Source: Spirochaetia bacterium
GTDB lineage: Bacteria > Spirochaetota > Spirochaetia > DSM-2461
Length of the DNA: 64,000 nucleotides
Direction: 5' to 3'
NCBI GenBank assembly: GCA_963666985.2
Contig: CAXXIA010000001.1
Coordinates: 224,001 to 288,000, forward strand
Shown here: piece after piece, positions 28,290 through 37,346 of the stretch
How positions within the stretch are numbered: position 1 is the first letter of the stretch
Layout: every line of letters begins with the position of its first letter
The notes under the pieces: model-generated
What the model was told of the DNA's origin: nothing
Seen by the model: only the letters and a program-made list of their open reading frames with translations
Database searches by the model: none
Made by a program: the position numbers and the translations under genes

Positions 28290-29057
28290 ATGGCTAGACT
28301 GAATAATAAGGTTGCACTGATTACCGGAGCGGGCTCAGGCATGGGCCGCGCATCTTCGCTGCTTTTTTCAAAGGAGGGCGCCAAGATTGTCGTCGTCGAT
28401 TTCAACGAGGAGAACGGCAGAAAAGTTGTTGAGGAAGTCAAGGTCCAGGGCGGCGAGGCCGCTTTTGTCTTTGCCGACGTTTCCAAGGGTGAGTATTGCA
28501 AGGGTGCCGTTGATTTTGCCGTCGAGACGTATGGAAAGCTCGATGTCGTATTCTGTTGCGCCGGTGTGGCTCAGAAAGCTGCGATGATTTGGGATCTGGA
28601 TGAGAGCGAGTTTGACAAGATGATGAATATCAATACGAAATCAAGCTGGCTGATGGCAAAGTATTCCGCATTGGAGCTTAAGAAAAATAACGGTTCGTTA
28701 ATTCTCATCGGCTCCACGGCGGCCGTTCGGCCCCGTGCTACACAAGGTTTGTACGGCGCGTGCAAGGCGGCCAACAACAATTTGGCGATCGGCTTGGCGG
28801 CGGAGCTTGCGCCCGAGGCGCGCTGCAACTGCATCAATCCGGGCCCCACGGCTACGCCGATGCTCCCGACCTTCGTGCAGAGTTATAACGATAATGTGGC
28901 CGACGAAATCGCCGGAAGCACTCTCTTAAAACATCTTGTTGATCCGATGGACATTGCCAATGCCGCGCTGTTTTTCGCCTGTGACGAATCCAGGAGCGTT
29001 ACGGGGGTGTCTATGCTGGTTGATTCCGGAGCGGACAAGGCGCGCGGCAAGAACTGA
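28290..29057 (+). CDS. SDR family oxidoreductase, copy 2
   Basis: TGAGSGMG, YGACK; paralogue of SDR1 with shared C-terminal ARG. Confidence 0.9.
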   Translation: MARLNNKVALITGAGSGMGRASSLLFSKEGAKIVVVDFNEENGRKVVEEVKVQGGEAAFVFADVSKGEYCKGAVDFAVETYGKLDVVFCCAGVAQKAAMIWDLDESEFDKMMNINTKSSWLMAKYSALELKKNNGSLILIGSTAAVRPRATQGLYGACKAANNNLAIGLAAELAPEARCNCINPGPTATPMLPTFVQSYNDNVADEIAGSTLLKHLVDPMDIANAALFFACDESRSVTGVSMLVDSGADKARGKN

Positions 29058-29095
29058 TCCATTGTGTAAACGGGTGTGGAATCGGACCATATGAG

Positions 29096-29917
29096 ATGAT
29101 AACCATAAAAGAAGCGGAACAGGGCAATGTCTACGAGGACTGCAGAGTCGTTGAATTCAATAAAAAAAACGGCTTTGTCACGATGACCGAAACCAAAAGA
29201 AAGGTCATCAAAGAGGTGTCGTTGAAGATTTATGTCAATGAACAGGAGCTCATTCCGGTGATTTGCCTGAACCGGCAGTACAAGGAGCTTGCTCTCGGAC
29301 TGCTGTACAATGAAGGTGTTATCCATTCGATGGACGATATCAAAAGTATCGAATACGGTGAAAAGCCGACGGCCGTCAGGATTCTCCTCAGGGAAGGTCT
29401 CGAGCCGGATCGGCATGAGACCCCGGGGAATATCACATCCGAATTCGGCAAAAGCCAAATGTTCCTAAATCCGTTTAAAAAGAATCCATCTAACACGATC
29501 GCCGACGAAAGAACATATTCGGCCGGTGCTCTTTTAGAGGAGATGGATGCGTTTGTTTCCATGTCCGAGATTTATAATTCGGTCGGCGGAACCCACAGCG
29601 TAAAGTTTTGTTCGGGTGATTATGCATTGCTTATCGACGACATCAGTCGGCACAACTGTTTCGATAAGTTAACAGGCATTCTTCTTGAAGAAAACAAGCT
29701 CGATTTGGCCGTCGGCGGCATCTTGTACGTCAGCGGAAGGCTGACGTCTGAAATGCTGATGAAAATGATGCGTTTGGGGCTGTCCGTCGCCATATCGAAA
29801 TCTTCACCGACATCAGCGGCGCTGAAGCTGGCACGTGAGTTCCATATAACGATACTCGGCTACGTTAAGGGCGATAACGGCATTATTTATTCATGTCCGG
29901 AACGGATTATCCCGTAG
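29096..29917 (+). CDS. fdhD: FdhD/NarQ family cofactor sulfurtransferase homologue
   Basis: ELALGLLYNEG, GGTH, DISRHNCFDKL.G, SGRLTSEM, SSPTSAALKLA. Confidence 0.85.
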   Translation: MITIKEAEQGNVYEDCRVVEFNKKNGFVTMTETKRKVIKEVSLKIYVNEQELIPVICLNRQYKELALGLLYNEGVIHSMDDIKSIEYGEKPTAVRILLREGLEPDRHETPGNITSEFGKSQMFLNPFKKNPSNTIADERTYSAGALLEEMDAFVSMSEIYNSVGGTHSVKFCSGDYALLIDDISRHNCFDKLTGILLEENKLDLAVGGILYVSGRLTSEMLMKMMRLGLSVAISKSSPTSAALKLAREFHITILGYVKGDNGIIYSCPERIIP

Positions 29918-29996
29918 AGTCGGCCGGTGTAGGCCAAGGTATAGGCCAATCTGAATTAGCGTTGAAAGGAGAGCGCGTTGAAACGCGTTATATATT

Positions 29997-31964
29997 ATGG
30001 AAGCTTTAAAATACCCCCATCTTTTTGAACCGATTTCGGTGGCCGGCAGTTTTTTTGCCAACAGAATCATCGCTTCCGCCACCGGTCATCTCGATACCAT
30101 CGGCAGCCGTGAGAGCGGATATTATCATACGCCCCAAAACGCCGCCTATTATGAGCGTCTGGCCGCCGGCGGGGCCGGCATGGTCACCGTGGGAAGCTGC
30201 TACGTAGACAAGAAATACGGCGACTTCGGCAACTATCACGTTTTTTTGGACGATCCCCTATCGATCCACTCGTTTTACAGCATCGCCAATTCCATTACCC
30301 GTTACGGCGCCGTGGCCTCCGCGGAGATTATCCATTGCGGTCTCTACGCCAACAGAGCAACCGGCGAGCCGTCTTACGGACCTGTCGCCATGGAAGACAA
30401 CGGCCGGCCCGTCTTTGAAATGGACGATGCTTATATCATCGCGCTCATTGACCGATTCGCCAATGCAGCCGCTTTTGCCAAAAAATGCGGTTTCGGCATG
30501 GTCACCATTCATGGCGGTCACGGCTGGCTCATCTCCCAGTTCGTCAATCCGGCGCTCAATACCCGAAAGGACAAATGGGGCGGCGCACCGATAGAAAATC
30601 GTGCGCGACTGGCCGTCGAAATCTGTAAGGCCATCCGCAAAAAGACGGGTCCGAGGTTTCCCATAGAGATGCGCATCAGCGGCTCGGAGTGCTACTCGGG
30701 CGGTTACGGGATAGATGAGGGTATCGCCCTGGCCAAACAATTGGACGGCTACGCCGACATGATCCACGTTTCGGCCGGAAGCCACGAACGGGACGAGGTT
30801 TTTACGATTACACACCCCAGCATGTTTCTGGAGGAAGGCTGCAACGCAGTCTACGCGGCCGAAATTAAAAAAAACATCTCGCAGTCGAAGGTCGTCACAG
30901 TTGGGGGGTTCAGCGAACCCGCAATCATGGAGGAGATTCTCGCTTCCGGGCAAGCCGATTTCATCGCAATGGCACGTTCTCTGATAGCCGATCATGATCT
31001 TCCCAACAAGTTCCGTCTGGGGCGGGAGGATGAAATCATCAAGTGCATGCGATGTCTGCACTGTTTTTCAAACGTTCAGACCTACGGTAAGTTCTATTGC
31101 GCCATCAATCCCACGACGGGTCATGAATATGAAGAAAAGTTTGATATCCCCGCCGCGACGAGAAAGAAGGTCCTGGTTGTCGGCGGCGGGATCGGCGGCA
31201 TGCAGGCGGCACTGACGTGCGCCGAGCGCGGGCACGAGGTTACCCTGTGTGAAAAAACATCTCGTCTCGGCGGTGCCTTGCGCTGCGAGGAAAAGGTTCC
31301 GTTCAAAAAGAACTTGGACCGTTATTTAAACGCGCAGGAGAAGGCCGTGATGAACAACCCGGCGATCACGGTGAGGCTGAATACAGCCGTTACGCCGGAG
31401 CTTGCCAAGAGCATCGGCGCCGACGTTCTCATTGCCGCTTTGGGCGCCCGTCCCGTCAAACCGCCTATCAAGGGCATCGACGGCAAAAACGTCATATCGG
31501 CAGAAGACATCTATTTAAATCCGGAGAGGACCGGCGGCTCATGCGTTATTCTCGGGGGAGGGCTTGTGGGCATAGAGCTCGGAATCTTCCTCGCGCAGAT
31601 GGGCAAAAAGATCACCGTCATTGAGATGATGGACGCGCTTAATCATGGCGGTAATCATCTGCATGCCAAGGGACTGGCCGTCCAGATCGAAAAATACGGG
31701 ATAGACGTTAATCTCAACACCAAGGCGCTTGAGATTACAGATAAAGGTGTGATCGGCGAAAGCGACCGAGAACAACGATTGTATGAGGCCGAAACGGTTA
31801 TTTATGCCGTCGGGCAAAGTCCGCTCCAAGAGGAAACAATGGCCCTTCACGACTGTGCGCCGGAATATCATGTACTGGGCGACTGCGTGACGCCCAGAAA
31901 CATAGCCAACGCGACGAGTGCCGCCTATGAGATATCGCGTATGATCGGGAGAAACGGCCTTTAA
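29997..31964 (+). CDS. OYE/enoate reductase family Fe-S flavoenzyme, copy 2
   Basis: HGGHGWL.QF, RKDKWGG..ENRAR, CMRCLHC-x11-C, GGGIGG. Confidence 0.9.
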   Translation: MEALKYPHLFEPISVAGSFFANRIIASATGHLDTIGSRESGYYHTPQNAAYYERLAAGGAGMVTVGSCYVDKKYGDFGNYHVFLDDPLSIHSFYSIANSITRYGAVASAEIIHCGLYANRATGEPSYGPVAMEDNGRPVFEMDDAYIIALIDRFANAAAFAKKCGFGMVTIHGGHGWLISQFVNPALNTRKDKWGGAPIENRARLAVEICKAIRKKTGPRFPIEMRISGSECYSGGYGIDEGIALAKQLDGYADMIHVSAGSHERDEVFTITHPSMFLEEGCNAVYAAEIKKNISQSKVVTVGGFSEPAIMEEILASGQADFIAMARSLIADHDLPNKFRLGREDEIIKCMRCLHCFSNVQTYGKFYCAINPTTGHEYEEKFDIPAATRKKVLVVGGGIGGMQAALTCAERGHEVTLCEKTSRLGGALRCEEKVPFKKNLDRYLNAQEKAVMNNPAITVRLNTAVTPELAKSIGADVLIAALGARPVKPPIKGIDGKNVISAEDIYLNPERTGGSCVILGGGLVGIELGIFLAQMGKKITVIEMMDALNHGGNHLHAKGLAVQIEKYGIDVNLNTKALEITDKGVIGESDREQRLYEAETVIYAVGQSPLQEETMALHDCAPEYHVLGDCVTPRNIANATSAAYEISRMIGRNGL

Positions 31965-32796
31965 CCACCGGCGGTTGATTTATAAGAATAAACGGCCGCC
32001 GAACAACATGAGGTTTTGTTATATTAATATTGAAGCAATGCGGAGAAAGCCTACGAAGATTTCTTTCAAGGTTCCGCAGTAAGTGCTGATTTTTCTTCAC
32101 CTCTTGAATCATTGATGTTATCATAAGGGCATAAATCGCTTCATATTTTTCTTGCTGCGATATATAGGAGAATTCTATTTCGAATATTCTCTTTATTCTA
32201 ATGGGTTTGTTTGCGTAGTCATCGTATCATTCACATCAGGGGCAAGTTTCTCAATATTTTTGTGGTAAGAGTATTTACAGGCGAAAAAGATCTTTTCCAA
32301 ATTATCCTTTCATTACAAAGAATATGGAGTTTAAATCTTTAGAAGTATCCATGTACCGATTTTTCTCCCCGGGGCGATCTAACCAATAACAAGATAATTG
32401 TAAAAATTATTGGTTTTGGTATTCCGGAAAGAGAATTGAATCAATGGTATGGTTTTCTTCTAAGGAGGCTGTTTTAGTTATAACTGAAGGATATTCAATG
32501 CTATAATGTTTGAGAAATACTATTTTGGGAGGTTCCTCAGAAATTCCTACAAAAATGAAATTGAAGGAGAGGTTCCCTGAAGCGTGTATTGCGGATATTT
32601 TTGAAGAATTTATCGATGAAAAGATACAATGCTGTTAATTCAAAGCGGTTTCTCCGGATTGCTTCTATTCAAATTTAAAACTTTCATGAGGAACGGCTTT
32701 TGGATACGTCTATTTTTTTAAGACGCGAAATTCAACTTATCATTTATCTTCCTCAAGGGGGATAAATGTCCACGCCATGTTTTAGGAGTATTCGAA

Positions 32797-34656
32797 GTGA
32801 AGCCCGTTATCGCAGTGATGAGCTATGGTGAATTGACATGTATTGTAGAGAAAAATAAATATAAGTTTTTAGAAAAAGTTGATATAAAAATAATCGATTC
32901 TCTGCTTTCGGATGCAATAAAAACAGCTCAGGAGATGGAAGAAAAGCGGGAAGCGGATGTTTTTGTCTGCTCGGGGAATTCCCGTTTATCACGTTTTGTA
33001 AGCAATCCTTTTATTGAAATCAGAGCTACCGGTTATGATTTGCTTATAGCTCTGAAAAAGGCAAGGGAATATTCTGATCGGGTTGTAATCATGGTGCATG
33101 CTGATAATCGCATCTGTTATTTGGATGAGATTTCGGACATGTTTTCCATTTCCATAGTCCCGCTGACTTATAATAACAATGATGAAATCAGAGAAGTCTT
33201 GTCCAAACTGGTCCTTGACGGCATTAATAATGTAATAGGATCCGGTATTGTCGTGGAAATTGGAAGAGAGCTCGGAATCAACTCGACTCTGATTTATTCC
33301 GAGGATTCCGTGAGAACCGCTCTGGATACGGCAACCAATATTGCCCTTTCAAAAAAGGCGGAGACTGAAAAAGCCGAACGTTTTCGGAAGATAATGGATT
33401 TCTCTTATGAAGGTATCATCGCGACGGACGAGAACGGCATGGTTACGGTTATCAATCCTGCGGCCGAGAAGATACTGAAAATTAATAAAGAATCGATAAC
33501 CGGCAATCCCATACAGAATGTATTTTTGAATAACGAGTTTGAAGAAGTTATTAAAGAAGCAAAAAAGATAACCAACAGAATCCAGACGGTTGGAGATATT
33601 GAAATCCTGGGAAATATTGTTCCCTTTCTATTCAAAAATGAAATATCCGGTGCGGTCGCCACTTTTCAGAATTTCAATACGATACAGAAAGCGGAAGAAC
33701 AGATTAGAAAAAAACAGCACGAAAAGGGCCTTTTTGCCAAGTCCACGTTCAAAGATATACTCGGTCACAGTAATCCCGCAACCGAATGTAAAAGCCGGGC
33801 CTTTCTCTTTGCGAAAAGTGATTCGACTTTATTGATAACAGGAGAATCCGGAACAGGAAAAGAACTCTTCGCCCAGAGCATTCACAATGCGGGAAACAGG
33901 GCATTGAAGCCTTTTGTTGCCATAAACTGCCAGGCTCTGACCGATACTTTGCTGGAGAGTGAACTCTTCGGGTATGAAGACGGGGCTTTTACCGGAGCGA
34001 AGAAAGGCGGAAAGCCGGGTTTTTTTGAGCTTGCTCACAACGGTACCATTTTCCTCGATGAAATCGGAGAGATACCCCCCATGCTTCAATCCAGATTGTT
34101 GCGTGTTCTTGAAGAGCGGGAGGTTATGAGGATCGGAGGGAGTAAGATTATCCCCGTCAACATACGGGTTCTTGCGGCGACAAATGTAGACCTTCTTAAA
34201 AGAGTCTATCAGGGGAAATTTCGTCAGGACCTTTTCTACAGGCTGAATGTACTTGAACTTGATATTCCGCCTTTACGTATGAGGAAAAAAGATCTTCCTC
34301 TACTGGTTTCACGATTTCTCTCGGATTTCAGAAAAGATTTGAATGACGATGAGATAGCTGAAATTGCGAATAATCCGATGTTTTATTCTTACGATTGGCC
34401 AGGGAATATCCGAGAACTCAAAAATATTGTAGAGCGATTTGCCGTTTTATATGACACTACGATTTCCGCATCGGATCTGCTGGACAGTATTTTTTCGAAA
34501 CAGCTCCGTCATCGTTCTGTTGTAAGTGATGAATACACTGAAATTGCCCGTGTTCTGGATGAATTTAAGGGGAATAAAACCGAAGCGGCAAAACACCTCG
34601 GCATGAGCAGGACCACCTTGTGGAAAAAACTAAAGGAATATGCGTTCATTTCGTGA
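32797..34656 (+). CDS. PrpR-like sigma54-dependent activator (PrpR_N-PAS-AAA+-Fis HTH)
   Basis: GESGTGKE, ELFGYEDGAFTGA, FLDEIGE, WPGNIREL, LGMSRTTLWKK; GTG start with AGGAG RBS. Confidence 0.92.
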   Translation: MKPVIAVMSYGELTCIVEKNKYKFLEKVDIKIIDSLLSDAIKTAQEMEEKREADVFVCSGNSRLSRFVSNPFIEIRATGYDLLIALKKAREYSDRVVIMVHADNRICYLDEISDMFSISIVPLTYNNNDEIREVLSKLVLDGINNVIGSGIVVEIGRELGINSTLIYSEDSVRTALDTATNIALSKKAETEKAERFRKIMDFSYEGIIATDENGMVTVINPAAEKILKINKESITGNPIQNVFLNNEFEEVIKEAKKITNRIQTVGDIEILGNIVPFLFKNEISGAVATFQNFNTIQKAEEQIRKKQHEKGLFAKSTFKDILGHSNPATECKSRAFLFAKSDSTLLITGESGTGKELFAQSIHNAGNRALKPFVAINCQALTDTLLESELFGYEDGAFTGAKKGGKPGFFELAHNGTIFLDEIGEIPPMLQSRLLRVLEEREVMRIGGSKIIPVNIRVLAATNVDLLKRVYQGKFRQDLFYRLNVLELDIPPLRMRKKDLPLLVSRFLSDFRKDLNDDEIAEIANNPMFYSYDWPGNIRELKNIVERFAVLYDTTISASDLLDSIFSKQLRHRSVVSDEYTEIARVLDEFKGNKTEAAKHLGMSRTTLWKKLKEYAFIS

Positions 34657-34691
34657 ACGAAAATGAACAATGTCTGAACGATCGATAAACA
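34643..34691 (+). promoter_or_regulatory. Putative upstream activator sequences for the sigma54 activator
   Basis: Palindrome CGTTCA-N5-TGAACG, then TGAACA, TGAACG, TAAACA at 10-11 bp period. Confidence 0.55.
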
Positions 34692-34848
34692 ATAACAAAT
34701 TTTCTTCCGTTCCGGAATCCGAATCCGTTTCTCTTCACTTGTTTGTGAGGGCCTCAATTCATTACATAATGAGTAGAAAACCAAGAAAAAAAGTATTTAT
34801 ATAAGAAAGAAAACTTTTTTTAATGAATTATCCTTTGCTTCCTGTGTG

Positions 34849-34866
34849 TTGGTACGGTTCCTGCTT
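34849..34866 (+). promoter_or_regulatory. sigma54 -24/-12 promoter of block B operon
   Basis: TTGGTACGGTTCCTGCTT has GG-N10-GC spacing; preceded by an A/T tract; downstream of the activator gene. Confidence 0.8.
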
Positions 34867-34978
34867 TATTTCTTAAGTTATTCCAAAATATGATAAACCG
34901 GTATTTGAGATGTGAAGTCATTCCGTCTCAAGGTTATGGTTTCTGCCTATCCAAATGATCAGTTGGGATAAGGGGATT

Positions 34979-35559
34979 ATGAAAGAATTAAACCATGTTA
35001 TGTGTCCAATTTAAAATCGGAAACATAACTGAAAATAGAATCGAACTCACTCCTCTTTGTCCTATGCCGACATTGTTTGGCGGTTTTGTTGCACAGGAGA
35101 TGATAGGGTTTTGCAAAAAAACTCTCAGAGGTATTGTGAGGCTATTAATCATCGGTGAAAGCTTTTTTAATTCCGAGTATGAAAAAGATCATGAGCTTCA
35201 GCAGGCCAGAAGGGTAGAAAAGATAACGGTTCTCAGTGAGCTCAATTCCCAAATCCTATCAATCGAAAGGCAGAGAAAGCATCTGCCTATTCCGGCAGAA
35301 TACGGTGTGTTTTTCATTCCTGAAACGCACATGAAAGAAATCTATAAAAATGGTATCGCGGTAACGAATGCATCTGAACGGAAAATTGCGCTTGCCGTAG
35401 ATTCAATCATCATTTCTATTGGATTCACTTCACGTGAAAAAGCTGTTGAAAAAGCAATTGATAAAGCTTTTAACCTATACCCGGCGGTGACAGTTTTAAA
35501 CGGAAGACTCTATGAGGATAGAGATTCACGGAGGATTTGATACGGTTCCTAGAAACTGA
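34979..35559 (+). pseudogene. Frameshifted, internally deleted OYE-family oxidoreductase remnant
   Basis: MKELNHVMCP then frameshift to FKIGNITENRIELTP...IIGES (OYE1 N-terminus), joined to DSIIISIGF and, in another frame, IHGGFDT (OYE1 C-terminus). Confidence 0.8.
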
Positions 35560-35677
35560 TGAATAGAGTCGGGATTAAGAAACTTTTCAAAGGAGGTGCT
35601 CCGATTTTAAAGGATGTTTAATGGGTTGTGTAGCTACCTTTAATGATTCTAAACGCATAATGAATAAGGAGATGTAA

Positions 35678-36757
35678 ATGCGAAAAGTCAGTATGGTCCT
35701 AATGGTTTCTTTGTTTATGGCTTTTGCCGTTCTCAGCGGCTGTTCAAAGTCGGAATCGGAGGGTTCGGCTGAAGCTGCCGAAGTGAAGGCAGCGGATACT
35801 GTTGTTCTGAAGTTCAACAATTTCATGCCTGATGCAACACCACCGGCTCTTGCCTGTAAGGAAGCCTGTGAAATGATTGAAAAAAACTCGAACGGTGAAA
35901 TTCGGGTGGAACAATATTACGGAGGAAACCTGCTGTCCTTCGACGATTCCATCCAGGGCATTGCGAATGGTGTCGTTGATATCGGGCTGGTAACCCAGGC
36001 TCTTATCGATACCACATTTACTCTGAACCACGTTTTTACGAGACCGTTGGAAGTTACTCCCCCGGACAATGCCAGAACAACGAAAGCGTATCAGGAGCTT
36101 ATTAAGATTGTTCCCGAACTGAATGAAGAACTGGCGAAACAGGGTGTCAGGTGGCTGTCTATTCAGTCTCTGCCTTCTTACAATCTGCATACCGTAAAAG
36201 ATGTTATTAAAACTCCCGATCAGGTAGCGGGTATGAAGCTCGAAACTCAGGGCGGTGTTGAGTACTGGACAAGTCTTAAAGCTGCGGCAATGGTTTTGAA
36301 TCCGGCAGATAATTACATGTCTTTGGAAAGGGGTCTTGTAAAAGGTCAGGTAAGCCACTGGGCGTTATTAAATATTTACAAAACAGGCGAACTTCTTAAG
36401 ACGCACACCATCTTTGGTGAAGGTGATGGGGGGCTGTACTGCCCCGCTATGGGTTATTTCATCAATCTTGATACCTGGAACAGCCTCTCCTCGGAGCACC
36501 AGGTAATCATCGAAGACGCTTTCATTTTTGCATGTGACAAAACTGTTGAGTATGATGCCGCTCCGATTATCAATGAAAAGAAAGTTGCGGAAGAACGCGG
36601 AGATGACTTTGTCTATCTCACCGGTGATACTTTGCAGCCATGGATTGATGCGATGAAGCCATTGAACAAAGCGTGGATTGACGATCTGGAAAGCCAGGGA
36701 CTGGCGGCCCGGAAAGCTTATGGTGAATTGATGCGGTTACTGGAGAAATACAAGTAG
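35678..36757 (+). CDS. dctP: TRAP substrate-binding lipoprotein, copy 2
   Basis: Lipobox LSGC; YMSLERGLVKG; upstream of dctQM. Confidence 0.88.
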   Translation: MRKVSMVLMVSLFMAFAVLSGCSKSESEGSAEAAEVKAADTVVLKFNNFMPDATPPALACKEACEMIEKNSNGEIRVEQYYGGNLLSFDDSIQGIANGVVDIGLVTQALIDTTFTLNHVFTRPLEVTPPDNARTTKAYQELIKIVPELNEELAKQGVRWLSIQSLPSYNLHTVKDVIKTPDQVAGMKLETQGGVEYWTSLKAAAMVLNPADNYMSLERGLVKGQVSHWALLNIYKTGELLKTHTIFGEGDGGLYCPAMGYFINLDTWNSLSSEHQVIIEDAFIFACDKTVEYDAAPIINEKKVAEERGDDFVYLTGDTLQPWIDAMKPLNKAWIDDLESQGLAARKAYGELMRLLEKYK

Positions 36758-36866
36758 TAACAATATGGAGAACGGACAGACGGAAGAGAGCAAAATCGGC
36801 TTTAGTCTGTCCTTCTCCAAATAACCGACATGATTGGTTTTGGCCCTTAAAGTATGGAGGATCGAC

Positions 36867-37346
36867 ATGAAAAATGTCGTGAAAGTAATCGATTGGATTG
36901 TTGATAAAAGTATTTATCTTGGATGCACAGCTGTAGTTTTGATGATGATGACTACGGTTGTTGATGTCGTATTACGTTTTTTTAAGCATCCGCTGAAAGG
37001 CAGTATGGAAATAACGACTGCCCTTATGGTGTGCGTGGTTTTTTTTGGAATGGGACGGTGTTCTCTTCTGGATCTGCATATGAAAGTTGATATTTTTAAG
37101 AAATTTCCCTGGCTCGACAAGGTAAACAAGCTTATTACGACAGCCCTCTGTCTTATTATATGTTGGCAGACGATTATTCAGGCGTTTAAAGCGCAGTCTC
37201 TGAATTCAGTCAGCCAATTATTGAGAATACCCAAATATCCTTTTGTTTTTGTCGCCGCGTACGGTTTTCTGATTATCGCCGCGGCTTTGATTTCAGAATT
37301 CATCCATAACATCATAAGTCGCAAACAGCATGGGGGGGATGCGTGA
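36867..37346 (+). CDS. dctQ: TRAP small permease, copy 2
   Basis: VVDVVLRFF..P..GSMEI, HMKVDIF; GGAGG RBS before ATG 36867. Confidence 0.85.
   Translation: MKNVVKVIDWIVDKSIYLGCTAVVLMMMTTVVDVVLRFFKHPLKGSMEITTALMVCVVFFGMGRCSLLDLHMKVDIFKKFPWLDKVNKLITTALCLIICWQTIIQAFKAQSLNSVSQLLRIPKYPFVFVAAYGFLIIAAALISEFIHNIISRKQHGGDA

Noticed and set aside
8974..31964. Known nicotinate fermentation cluster
   Set aside because: No xanthine-oxidase-type nicotinate dehydrogenase, enamidase or B12 methyleneglutarate mutase in the window
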